Virus record (IMG/VR): IMGVR_UViG_3300046740_000679
Span: 1 to 53,185 of that record
DNA: 53,185 nt
From: a virus
Taxonomy: Duplodnaviria > Caudoviricetes
Reading direction: 5' to 3' (one strand)
In this document: piece by piece, positions 7,839-15,530 of the stretch
Layout of the letters: every line of letters begins with the position of its first letter
How positions within the stretch are numbered: the first letter of the stretch is position 1
Position numbers and translations under genes: made by a program
Notes under the pieces: model-generated
The model's database searches: none
What the model saw: the letters and a program-made list of their open reading frames with translations, nothing else
What the model was told of the DNA's origin: nothing

Positions 7839-8188
7839 GTCGACTCCGGTGCTTCAAGAACGATGAGGCCTCGTCTCTCATCGACGGTTCGCCATCCCGC
7901 TCTCAGGAAGCATCGGCCCGGGTCGCGCTTGCGGCGCACTTTCGACGGGTCGACCTCGGTCGTGAGCGGTACTTTTGGGCGACCGCTGTAGTGGCGATCC
8001 CAGAAGGCGAACGTGAGCGACGTCGCCTCGCGAATCATCTCGCTCGAGCGACGCGACCCCTCGTTGCGGAAGATGCTGCATCGCCAGCGCACGGAGTAGT
8101 GCCGGTCGGCGAGTGCGCGAGCTCGAGGATCGCTCCGGCGAACCTGCTCCCAATACCCGGACATCGGAAAGAGGCGAGCGCAGATCAT
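7835..8188 (-). CDS. Mom-like/GNAT-like phage protein, apparently with an internal in-frame deletion
   Basis: ALADRHYS...CSIFRNEG..SSEMIREA...VDPSKVR...PGRCFLRAGW; homologues I recall have a longer segment between DRHYS and CSIFRNE. Confidence 0.5.
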   Translation of the reverse strand: MICARLFPMSGYWEQVRRSDPRARALADRHYSVRWRCSIFRNEGSRRSSEMIREATSLTFAFWDRHYSGRPKVPLTTEVDPSKVRRKRDPGRCFLRAGWRTVDERRGLIVLEAPEST

Positions 8189-8497
8189 GTGCCCCCCGCG
8201 AGGTCGAAGAGCCCGCCCTGCACGTCGACGAGGGGGAGACAATGCGGCGAGAAACTCACGACGTCCTCCGATTGCGCCGAGCTACACCGCTCAAGCGTCC
8301 TGCCTCGACAGCCGCGTCGTGGTCGAAACCAACGTCGCCCGCGGCAGCGTGCTCGCGCATGTGCGCCGCCTGACTCTCACCGCGCCCGATCCGAAGAAGG
8401 GTTCTACATAATTCGGCACGTTTCCGAATGCGCGCCACACGACGTCGGCGACGCGCGACTTGCCGCCAAACCATGGGAAGGGGGCTTTGAGGGTCAT
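8185..8497 (-). pseudogene. Remnant of a D12-class (Dam-like) adenine methyltransferase
   Basis: The first 40 codons are APFPWFGGKSRVA...YVEPFFGSGAV; 124 unrelated nt follow, then an out-of-frame C-terminal tail FSPHCLPLVDVQGGLFDL whose stop is coupled to the next ATG. Confidence 0.75.
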
Positions 8498-9966
8498 GCG
8501 GCCGCGACCTCCTCACCGGCGAGGTTCGCGGAGACGAGCGCGGCGGCGATTGCCGGCGGCACGCTGTTTCCGCAAAGACGGATCTGCGCCGTCTTCGACA
8601 GCGAGCCGCCGTCGGGTGCCCGGTCGATGACGTACGAATCGGCGAAGCCTTGCGCGCGAAAGAGCTCGCGCGGCTGGAGCATCCGCTGGCCGATATCGGC
8701 GATCGCGTAGTCGGTTCCGTGCACGGTCACGAGCCCGAAGCGGTCGCGCGTCGTCACGGTGCCCAGCGAGAGCTGCAGCGACTGCCCGAGGCCCGTCCCG
8801 TTGTAACGCGTCAGAAAGGCGCGGACGTCGTTGGCGCGCGAACCATCCGTCGTGACGGTGACGAGCGCGTGGTGGTCCTGCGTCGTGATCGTCGAGAGGG
8901 GCAGACGCAGCGACGTTCCGGTCGCCTCGTGCCCGCCGTAGTGCTTCGCGAGGTATGCGGCGACGAGTGAGTGCTTCTGTCCTTGGGCGACAATGGTGCC
9001 CAGAGGAGCGTGCAGATCGAGAATGCGCGGCGCCTGGCCCTTGCGTTCGCCGTATCCGCTCTGAATGAGCGTCGGTGCGATGAGCATCAGCTCCCCGCGC
9101 TGCGCCGCCGTGATGGTGCGCAGAGGCGCGCCCGTCGAGTGAGGGGCGGAGTCGTTCACGCGACCGTGCGTCGACGGGACGATGAACGGCTCACCGGTCC
9201 GAAGGACGAAGCGATCGATCCCGCGCGCGATCCGGCGAAGCGTCTTTTCGACGAGCGGCTTCTTCCGGCCGAAGATCGAGGGACACGCGTGCGCCCAGTC
9301 GATGCACTCCGCGGCCGGTCGGTGTGCGCGCGCGAGTCCCGGCCCGTGCGTCGGCCGCGGCCACACGATCGGCTGCCCGTCCGAGCGCGCGATGATGAAG
9401 AGTCGCTTGCGGGACGTCGGTGCGCCGTAGTCGCACGCCCGGAGCTCACGCATCTCGACGACGTAGCCCGCTGCTTTGAGCTGCCCTAGCCAGCGCCGGA
9501 ACGTGAGCCCACGCCGCGCCGGGTCCGGCTTTCCGTCGTCGTCGAGCGGTCCCCAGTCCGCGAACTCCTCGACGTTCTCGAGCATGATAACGCGCGGCTT
9601 TACGTCGCGCGCCCAGCGGACGACCACCCATGCGAGCCCGCGCCGGCCGGTCGCCGACTTCGGATCGCGGAACGGCTTTCCCCCGCGCGCCTTCGAGTGG
9701 AAGGTGCAATCGGGCGAGAACCACGCGAGGCCGATCCGGCGGCCCTTACAAAGTTCCTTCGGCCTCACGTCCCAGACGTCGCCACAAAGGTGTCGGGTCT
9801 CGGGGTGATTGACCGCGTGCATCGCGATCGCTTCGGGGTCGTGGTTGATCGCGACGTCAGGCGATCGCTTGATCGCGCGCATGATGCCGGTCGACGCACC
9901 TCCGCCGCCCGCGAAGCAGTCGACGACGAGCTCGTCGGCGCTGAGGCGAAGGACGGGAGGCCTCAC
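8494..9966 (-). CDS. C5 cytosine DNA methyltransferase
   Basis: DCFAGGGG (motif I), SPDC (IV), ENV (VI), RKRLF (VIII), GNSV (X). Confidence 0.93.
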   Translation of the reverse strand: MRPPVLRLSADELVVDCFAGGGGASTGIMRAIKRSPDVAINHDPEAIAMHAVNHPETRHLCGDVWDVRPKELCKGRRIGLAWFSPDCTFHSKARGGKPFRDPKSATGRRGLAWVVVRWARDVKPRVIMLENVEEFADWGPLDDDGKPDPARRGLTFRRWLGQLKAAGYVVEMRELRACDYGAPTSRKRLFIIARSDGQPIVWPRPTHGPGLARAHRPAAECIDWAHACPSIFGRKKPLVEKTLRRIARGIDRFVLRTGEPFIVPSTHGRVNDSAPHSTGAPLRTITAAQRGELMLIAPTLIQSGYGERKGQAPRILDLHAPLGTIVAQGQKHSLVAAYLAKHYGGHEATGTSLRLPLSTITTQDHHALVTVTTDGSRANDVRAFLTRYNGTGLGQSLQLSLGTVTTRDRFGLVTVHGTDYAIADIGQRMLQPRELFRAQGFADSYVIDRAPDGGSLSKTAQIRLCGNSVPPAIAAALVSANLAGEEVAAA

Positions 9967-10051
9967 CGAGCCCCCCGCTGATCCCTATCGGCTGCGCCCG
10001 TTACGGATTCGTCTTCGCCGCGTTTCAGCGGTGAATGAAGTCGTGCCGGCA

Positions 10052-10312
10052 TCACGGTTCCCCCTTGGCTTCGTTGTCGGTGCGCACGATCGCGGCATGC
10101 ACGGCGCAGAGATCCTTGCCGTCGACGATGCGCCGGCATGCGAGGCAGAGCGGGCGGTCGCACGTCTGCCCTAGCTTCCGACCGCCGAGCGCGAAGTCGC
10201 AGACGACGCGCACCTGACCGCTGCACCCGGTCGTCGAGCACGCCGAGCGGCTACGGGATCCGCCGCAGACGAAGACGCTCACGGCGTGGCCGCGTTTCGG
10301 AGCGCCGTTCAT
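10052..10312 (-). CDS. Cys-rich zinc-finger-like protein
   Basis: C..C...CDF...TCDRPLC..C...DLC..H pattern. Confidence 0.6.
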   Translation of the reverse strand: MNGAPKRGHAVSVFVCGGSRSRSACSTTGCSGQVRVVCDFALGGRKLGQTCDRPLCLACRRIVDGKDLCAVHAAIVRTDNEAKGEP

Positions 10313-10644
10313 AGCGAGACCCTGCCGGCACGCATGGATCTTCTCGGGCCGTCGAAGATGACCCCGTCGCCGGTCGCGAGAAGGTCTCCGGGATAGACCG
10401 TGACGAGGTCACCGAGCCGCGCGATCGGCACCGTCGGCGGCACTTGATCGGTCGCACTGAGGAGATTGCGGCAGCGTGCGCATTCCCACGCGGAGCCGAC
10501 GAACGCGGGCTCGTGCATGCCGCGATCGCAATTCCACGGGGCCGTGCCGTGAATGCCGACGGAGGCGCGGAAGGCGCGGGATGCGCGGCGATCGACGAGC
10601 GACGGTGGCAGCTTCGCTTCGCGCGAGGGGACGATGGTGCTCAC
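10309..10644 (-). CDS. Hypothetical protein
   Basis: GTGA coupling; CARC motif. Confidence 0.5.
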   Translation of the reverse strand: MSTIVPSREAKLPPSLVDRRASRAFRASVGIHGTAPWNCDRGMHEPAFVGSAWECARCRNLLSATDQVPPTVPIARLGDLVTVYPGDLLATGDGVIFDGPRRSMRAGRVSL

Positions 10645-11024
10645 GCCGCACCGGCCTTTTGGGCGTCCAGCAGTTCGCGTAACCGCGTGGCGTATTCGAC
10701 GGCCTTCGCGACGGTCCACGCGTGGACATAGCTGTCTCCCTTGGAGACGTCGTCATCGGTCACGCGCTCCGTCGCGCCGATGGATGTCCAGTCGATCTCT
10801 ATGACGCGCTTGCGCCAGCCGATGCGGATCAGGCCGTGCCGCGTATTGAATAGCCACCAAGGACGCCGGACGTCGTCGTAGTCGGGTGCATCGGGCCAAT
10901 ATTGGTTGGCCAGCTCCCACTTCTCGCGAAACGGCAGGCCGGCTCGGGTCATGATCGACTCGGCCTGCTCCCACGACTCTTTGCGCATCTGCCCGCGCCT
11001 GCCCTGAATGTCGTCGATGCTCAT
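10641..11024 (-). CDS. Conserved phage hypothetical protein (NQYW...PWW...IGWRKRVIEIDW)
   Basis: Trp-rich motif set; ATGA coupling. Confidence 0.65.
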   Translation of the reverse strand: MSIDDIQGRRGQMRKESWEQAESIMTRAGLPFREKWELANQYWPDAPDYDDVRRPWWLFNTRHGLIRIGWRKRVIEIDWTSIGATERVTDDDVSKGDSYVHAWTVAKAVEYATRLRELLDAQKAGAA

Positions 11025-11176
11025 CGTCGCCCCTTGCGCGGCTTGCACGGCCGCCTGAACGGATCGGTCTCTTCACGCGGGAGAATCGCGGCGAGGCCGA
11101 CGACGAACGCGAGGGTCATCGCGAGCTCGAAGACCGCGCTCGCGACGCGGAACGTGGAGGCGAGGCGGCGGGTCAC
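11021..11176 (-). CDS. Small membrane protein (51 aa)
   Basis: Hand-translated; hydrophobic AVFELAMTLAFVVGLAAIL; coupled at both ends. Confidence 0.45.
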   Translation of the reverse strand: MTRRLASTFRVASAVFELAMTLAFVVGLAAILPREETDPFRRPCKPRKGRR

Positions 11177-11748
11177 GAGACACCTCCGAGGACGCGCGCG
11201 ACGTATTCGTCAGAGCCGGCCCACGCGTGGATCGGGAACGGCTCGCTCGTCTTCGGGAGCATGAGCGGGTGACAAGGCTCGTCGTCCTTCGTCCACTCAA
11301 GCGCGTGGACGTCGTTCGGCTTTGCGATCGCGGCCAGGAGCGCGAGGACGTCCTGCGCGCGAACGTCGAGCTTCAGCGCGGTGACGTTCGCGCCCCACGC
11401 GGCGATGATGCGATTCGCTTTGCGGGCGACGCGCGCGATCGTGGCGTCGTTCTCGGGGCCGATCGGATCGGCGACGGTGAGCAGCCCGCGCGGCTTCGTG
11501 GATCGGAACGCGAAGAGGTTGCAGACGTCGAGCGCGCCGAAGCCCCAGCCGTGCGCGAAGCGGATGCAACGCGTGATCGTCGGGTCCGGATTGTCGGCAT
11601 CCGCGGTGCTCGGGTTGAGCATCACGAAGAGGCAGCGATTCGTGACGTCGCCCCAATCGCGCGTGAGGTGGTACCGATAGAGGCCGCACGCGCTGAACTT
11701 CGCGGTGCCGACCGGGGCGGTGACGCCGGGGAGGAGGAGCGCGCTCAA
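11173..11748 (-). CDS. DUF1643 family protein
   Basis: FSACGLYRYHLTRDW, FVMLNPSTAD..DPTITRC, NLFAFRST.P, AAWG, PCHPL. Confidence 0.88.
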   Translation of the reverse strand: MSALLLPGVTAPVGTAKFSACGLYRYHLTRDWGDVTNRCLFVMLNPSTADADNPDPTITRCIRFAHGWGFGALDVCNLFAFRSTKPRGLLTVADPIGPENDATIARVARKANRIIAAWGANVTALKLDVRAQDVLALLAAIAKPNDVHALEWTKDDEPCHPLMLPKTSEPFPIHAWAGSDEYVARVLGGVS

Positions 11749-11972
11749 GACGTCACCGCCTTCCGAAGGCAGAAGCCGCAGCAGACGAACTTCGTGCCGG
11801 GCTTCCACGCCGCGGCATCGAGGACGATCGTGCGGTGCTCCTTGCAAGACGGACAAAACACCGCGCGCCTGATCGGGCGACGCGTGCTCACGTCGGTCGA
11901 CATGATCGGGAGGACCTCGACGCGCTCGGCGCGAAGGTCGAAGGGGACGTGGCGGGAGTGGGCGAAGATCAC
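11745..11972 (-). CDS. Small zinc-ribbon protein
   Basis: CPSC...CCGFC. Confidence 0.5.
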   Translation of the reverse strand: MIFAHSRHVPFDLRAERVEVLPIMSTDVSTRRPIRRAVFCPSCKEHRTIVLDAAAWKPGTKFVCCGFCLRKAVTS

Positions 11973-12448
11973 GACGCCGCTCCCTCGACGCCGACGCGGC
12001 CCCGTTCACGCCACGCTTGGGCGAACCACTGGAGCCGGCGACCGAGCCCGAGACCAAGAAGCGGCTCACGAATGCGGACGCAATTGACGTCGTGCCGCGA
12101 CTCAAAGACCTCTCGGATCGGCGCGGTGTAGTCGGCGCCGGCGAGGAGCAAGAGCTCGTACGGCCCACAACCCACGAACTCGCGATAGAGCTTGTTCGCA
12201 ATGCCCACGGCCCATTGCTGCGCGTCCTTCGGCTTCAGCCGATCGTCGTACGGCTCGATCCGATATTCGGGTTTGAGGAGGCCGTAGCGCGCCGAGACGA
12301 TGCGCCATTCGTCGCACTCCTCGGCGTACGCCCGAGCCGCTCGGAAGAGCGGGCCGGTGTAGAGGTCCTTCGCCCGCGCGGGTTTGAGGAGCTTGCTCTT
12401 GCCGCATCCCACCAGGGCGATGGTGATCGGCACGGACGGGGGGCTCAC
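11969..12448 (-). CDS. DUF6884 (YaaA-like) family protein
   Basis: VGCGKSK...AKDLYTGPLF...IVSARYGLL...IEPYD...LAGADY...PLLGLGLGRRLQW. Confidence 0.8.
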   Translation of the reverse strand: MSPPSVPITIALVGCGKSKLLKPARAKDLYTGPLFRAARAYAEECDEWRIVSARYGLLKPEYRIEPYDDRLKPKDAQQWAVGIANKLYREFVGCGPYELLLLAGADYTAPIREVFESRHDVNCVRIREPLLGLGLGRRLQWFAQAWRERGRVGVEGAAS

Positions 12449-13818
12449 GAGGCCGCTCCCGTCGCCAGCGTCGGAGCGAACTCCGAGGCCCAGTAGGCCA
12501 CGACCGCCGAGGCGACCCCTGGAATCCTCGGCGTTTCCGATCGCACATCGCCGTACAGAACCGGCACAACCGAGGCTTCGCGCTTACGCTGATAGGCCTT
12601 TTTATTCCCTACGGAACGCGTGTTTTCGCTCCGCTTTCCTAAAGCGAAGGTCGGTAGTTCGAATCTCCCTGGGGGCGCGTCTTTTACCGCTGCTTTTGGC
12701 TCGTTTTGGCCTTGGTTGTTCGAGGCTTCCGCAGTCGTTTGAGCTTCAGTCGGTACAGAATCGACACACTCGGGCAGCGCGGCGACCGGGCGCGGAGCGT
12801 GGGCCTCGAGCTGGGCTTCGACGAGGGCGCCCATCTCTTCGCCCGTCGCCTTCGCGTACGTGGTCTGCGCGAGCTTGTCGGTCGAGTGACGGAGCATCTT
12901 CGACACCGCGTTGATATTCACGCCGGCGAGCAGGTGCCACTTCGCGAACGTGCGCCTTAGGTCGTTCGGACCGAGGCGAGGGATGCCCGCGCGAACGCAT
13001 GCGGCGGCCATATCGCGGACCATCTTCCCCCACGGATGAAAGAGAACGTCCGCACCCGGCGCGTGCTTCAACGCCTCGTCGAGGATCGGCGCGTTGACCC
13101 GCGTGATCGGAATGTCGTCGTCCGCGAAGGCCGTCTTCGTTCCGTGAAGGTGAACGATGCCGCGCGCCTTGTTCGTGTCGCGTCGACGCGCACGGAACGA
13201 CTCCTGATATCGCGCGCCGGTCGCGACGATGTAGAGGATGTGTGCGCCGCGGCGGCGATCGAATTGCTTGAGGAGCGCAGTGAGCTCGTCGGGCGTGGCG
13301 AAGCGATCGCGCGGTTTGTGGCCCGACCCGAAGTAAGGCGGCATGACTTGCGCGACGCTGCCGTGGAACGTGCCGAGGTGAATGGCGATCTTGAGCACCA
13401 TTCGAAGGTGGCCAAGCTCCATGTAGATCGTGTGGTCGCTCGCGGTCTCGCTTTGGCGCTTGTCGATGTACTCCATCACGAGCTTCGCCGTGATCCGAAG
13501 CATCGGGAGATCGCCTCCCCAGATGCGCGCGAAGTGACCGAGCTTCCCCTTCGCCTTGCTGAGCGTGGCCGCGCTGCGTTTGCGGCGCACCATGTCGAGG
13601 CGGAGTGCTTCTACCGCGCCGGCGAAGCTCGTCGCCGCCGCGGCTGCGTAACGTGGATCGGCGGCGACGCGCTCGAGCTCGTTCGCGCGCGCGACGGCCG
13701 CAGCTTCGTCGGTGCACTTGGTGCTCTTTCGGACCTTTCGTCCGGCCGGTCCGAGGACATGGGCCCAGATGGTCTTGCCTCGCCAGAAGAGTCTTGCGTC
13801 GCGGAGCTTCGGTTGCAT
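12445..13818 (-). CDS. int: Tyrosine integrase with attP inside its 3' region
   Basis: TGARYQE (R), GTKT (K), NDLRRT (HxxR variant), LRHS, TTYAK (Y); GAAGAGGG RBS before ATG 13818. Confidence 0.92.
   Translation of the reverse strand: MQPKLRDARLFWRGKTIWAHVLGPAGRKVRKSTKCTDEAAAVARANELERVAADPRYAAAAATSFAGAVEALRLDMVRRKRSAATLSKAKGKLGHFARIWGGDLPMLRITAKLVMEYIDKRQSETASDHTIYMELGHLRMVLKIAIHLGTFHGSVAQVMPPYFGSGHKPRDRFATPDELTALLKQFDRRRGAHILYIVATGARYQESFRARRRDTNKARGIVHLHGTKTAFADDDIPITRVNAPILDEALKHAPGADVLFHPWGKMVRDMAAACVRAGIPRLGPNDLRRTFAKWHLLAGVNINAVSKMLRHSTDKLAQTTYAKATGEEMGALVEAQLEAHAPRPVAALPECVDSVPTEAQTTAEASNNQGQNEPKAAVKDAPPGRFELPTFALGKRSENTRSVGNKKAYQRKREASVVPVLYGDVRSETPRIPGVASAVVAYWASEFAPTLATGAAS
12553..12768. 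repeat. Direct repeats flanking the attP core (putative integrase arm-type sites)
   Basis: GTACAGAACCGGCACA (12553-12568) and GTACAGAATCGACACA (12753-12768), 14/16 identical and 200 bp apart. Confidence 0.65.
12632..12678 (+). other. attP core: 3' half of tRNA-Arg(CCT), not a complete tRNA
   Basis: CGCT-TTCCTAA-AGCG anticodon arm, AGGTC, GGTAG-TTCGAAT-CTCCC T arm, TGGGGGCG acceptor strand; no D arm or 5' half upstream. Confidence 0.85.
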
Positions 13819-13985
13819 CCCTCTTCCCCATTCCTTTCGAACCACGCGATCAGAGCTTGGCGGGTCACGCGCAGGTGGCGGCCGACCCAGTGATGTTTCA
13901 TCTCGTGCATGCGGAGATAGGCCGTGCTCACGGGAACGCGGAGCTCGGCGGCGACGTCGTCGACGGTGAGGAGATCGAGCGCCAC
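13611..13985 (-). CDS. xis: Excisionase-like HTH protein overlapping the 5' end of int
   Basis: LLTVDDVAAELRVPVSTAY...VGRHLRVTRQALIAWF (HTH_17-type). Confidence 0.8.
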   Translation of the reverse strand: MALDLLTVDDVAAELRVPVSTAYLRMHEMKHHWVGRHLRVTRQALIAWFERNGEEGCNRSSATQDSSGEARPSGPMSSDRPDERSERAPSAPTKLRPSRARTSSSASPPIHVTQPRRRRASPAR

Positions 13986-13986
13986 G

Positions 13987-14160
13987 TCAGGCCCCCGTCG
14001 TGTTCTTCGGCGACTCGCCGGGTCGCTTGGCCGCCTTGCGCACTTCTTCGATCGCCCACTCGCCGAGCTTCGTCGCGACCGCGGTCACGATCGCGGCGGC
14101 GGCCGTGATGGCGAGGTAGCGGCGGTTCTCACCGTTCGCGGAGATCATCGTCATATCCAT
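13987..14160 (-). CDS. Small hypothetical protein (57 aa)
   Basis: Hand-translated MDMTMISANGENRRYLAITAAAAIVTAVATKLGEWAIEEV; GGAAGGA RBS. Confidence 0.55.
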   Translation of the reverse strand: MDMTMISANGENRRYLAITAAAAIVTAVATKLGEWAIEEVRKAAKRPGESPKNTTGA

Positions 14161-14186
14161 TCCTTCCGTACGTCTTCAGCCACTGC

Positions 14187-14434
14187 GTTCGCTTGCGACG
14201 AGCCCGCGCCCCCTATCGAGTCGGGCTCGTCGCAAACGATCGAATCGCCGCGAGGCCCCCCACGCTCGAAGGAAGGACGGGGGAGCGGAGCCCTCTTCCT
14301 TCGAGCGTGGGGACGGCACCGGCGATTCTTCGGGCCACATACCGGCGATGTGGTGACCCCGACGAAGCATTGCGGCTATCGGTCAGCGCGTGGGTAATGA
14401 GCCCGTCCGCGCGAACCGCCTCACCGCTCCGCAG
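14187..14434. ncRNA. Multi-hairpin structured region (candidate ncRNA or cis-regulatory RNA)
   Basis: 14-bp IR 14193-14206/14222-14235; 18-bp IR 14258-14275/14295-14312 nested in a 9-bp IR 14242-14250/14320-14328; further stems at 14335-14353 and 14371-14433. Confidence 0.5.
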
Positions 14435-14460
14435 CGTCGATCCCGAATCTTGGACGATGA

Positions 14461-14709
14461 TCACGCGACGCTCCGCCGCGACGTCGTCGCCTCTTCATCG
14501 TGAAAGTCGAGGTGCTGGCTGAACGACCACGCGACGAGGCGCGGCGCGAGCTCGGAACGCCACGCGACGGCGACGCCCGTCTCGAGGTCGACGAGGATTG
14601 AACCTAAAGGCGCGCGCTCGGCCTCTTCGGCGCACGTGGCAATGAAGGGCGAAACTGCGTCTATCTCGGCGAGGATGTCGCCTCCGTTCTGGATGTAATA
14701 ACGACCCAT
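14461..14709 (-). CDS. Hypothetical protein
   Basis: GGAGG RBS before MGRYYIQNGG. Confidence 0.6.
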   Translation of the reverse strand: MGRYYIQNGGDILAEIDAVSPFIATCAEEAERAPLGSILVDLETGVAVAWRSELAPRLVAWSFSQHLDFHDEEATTSRRSVA

Positions 14710-14802
14710 GGTTCCTCCCTTCCCCACTTCACGCTTGGCCAGTCGCCGGGCCCTTCACACGCTTTCAGTCACCGCTGATCGCCACGTCATTTTTCGCGAC
14801 CG

Positions 14803-15186
14803 CTAGTCGTTGTCCGCCGACGACGTGTCGATGACTTGGAGCACCGCGCGGAGCGCATCGCGCACAAGATTGCGGCACGCCGGACCGCCATCGGCGGCGA
14901 GTGCGACGGCGACGTCGAGACGAAGGCCGTTACTCCCCTCGGGCGACGTCCACTGTTGAACGAGACGACGAGAAACCCCCGCGGCGGCGGCGACTTGGCG
15001 CTGCGAGGCGTGCTCCTCGATCGCGCAACGAAGGATGCTCGCGACAACGAGCTTCGAATACGCAAACGAGGTCGCGCGAATGGGTCCACCCACGCGTTTC
15101 GCGCGCACGTGCACTCGGTGAACAGTGGCCACTTCGGCCACCATTGCGGACGCGGCGGGAAAGCTGGAAGAAGACGCGTGGGCCAT
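14803..15186 (-). CDS. HTH transcriptional regulator (CII-like position)
   Basis: SQRQVAAAAGVSRRLVQQWTSPE; GGAGG RBS; immediately downstream of cro. Confidence 0.7.
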   Translation of the reverse strand: MAHASSSSFPAASAMVAEVATVHRVHVRAKRVGGPIRATSFAYSKLVVASILRCAIEEHASQRQVAAAAGVSRRLVQQWTSPEGSNGLRLDVAVALAADGGPACRNLVRDALRAVLQVIDTSSADND

Positions 15187-15188
15187 GA

Positions 15189-15446
15189 TCAACCTCCGTC
15201 CGTTCCGGTGCGCGCGGGCTCGGTCAGGGCGGCTGGCTCCTCGATGGCCGGCTCCGCCCACGCTTCGAGAGGCACACCTGCTTCGCGGCGGATCGCGACG
15301 ATGTGCCTCGCCGTAGGAGTCGTGCCGTTGCACCAGTTGCTGACCGTCGCCTGGCGCACCTTCAGCCGCTTTGCCAGCGCCTCTTGCGTGGTCTGCGTGA
15401 GCCGCATCCACTCGCGCAGCATCAGCGTGCCCTTCGTGATCACCAT
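15189..15446 (-). CDS. cro: Cro-like XRE HTH repressor
   Basis: TQEALAKRLKVRQATVSNWCNGTTP; divergent from cI. Confidence 0.8.
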   Translation of the reverse strand: MVITKGTLMLREWMRLTQTTQEALAKRLKVRQATVSNWCNGTTPTARHIVAIRREAGVPLEAWAEPAIEEPAALTEPARTGTDGG

Positions 15447-15449
15447 GCA

Positions 15450-15482
15450 ACGACTGATAACAGTCGTCTGTTCGACAGTCAA
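15450..15482 (-). promoter_or_regulatory. Leftward promoter and operators of the switch
   Basis: Palindrome ACGACTG-ATAA-CAGTCGT (15450-15467) and a second site TCTGTTCGACAGTC (to 15480); minus-strand TTGACT-N17-TATCAG 7 nt before the cro ATG. Confidence 0.6.
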
Positions 15483-15530
15483 GCGTGTACTAGTAATTCC
15501 CCATCAATTGACGCGAGACCGTATATTCCA

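Noticed and set aside
7269-9966. Restriction-modification defence system
   Set aside because: No cognate endonuclease; these look like orphan phage methyltransferases
12632-12678. Functional phage tRNA-Arg gene
   Set aside because: The 5' acceptor strand and D arm are absent; only the 3' half is present, as expected for attP
14213-14464. 83-aa protein-coding gene
   Set aside because: It has a GTGA overlap with the upstream stop but lies over dense hairpins and has no protein-like motif; left unannotated, though a leader peptide cannot be excluded
15508-15527. TTGACG...TATATT as the cI promoter
   Set aside because: The spacer is only 8 nt, which is incompatible with sigma70 geometry
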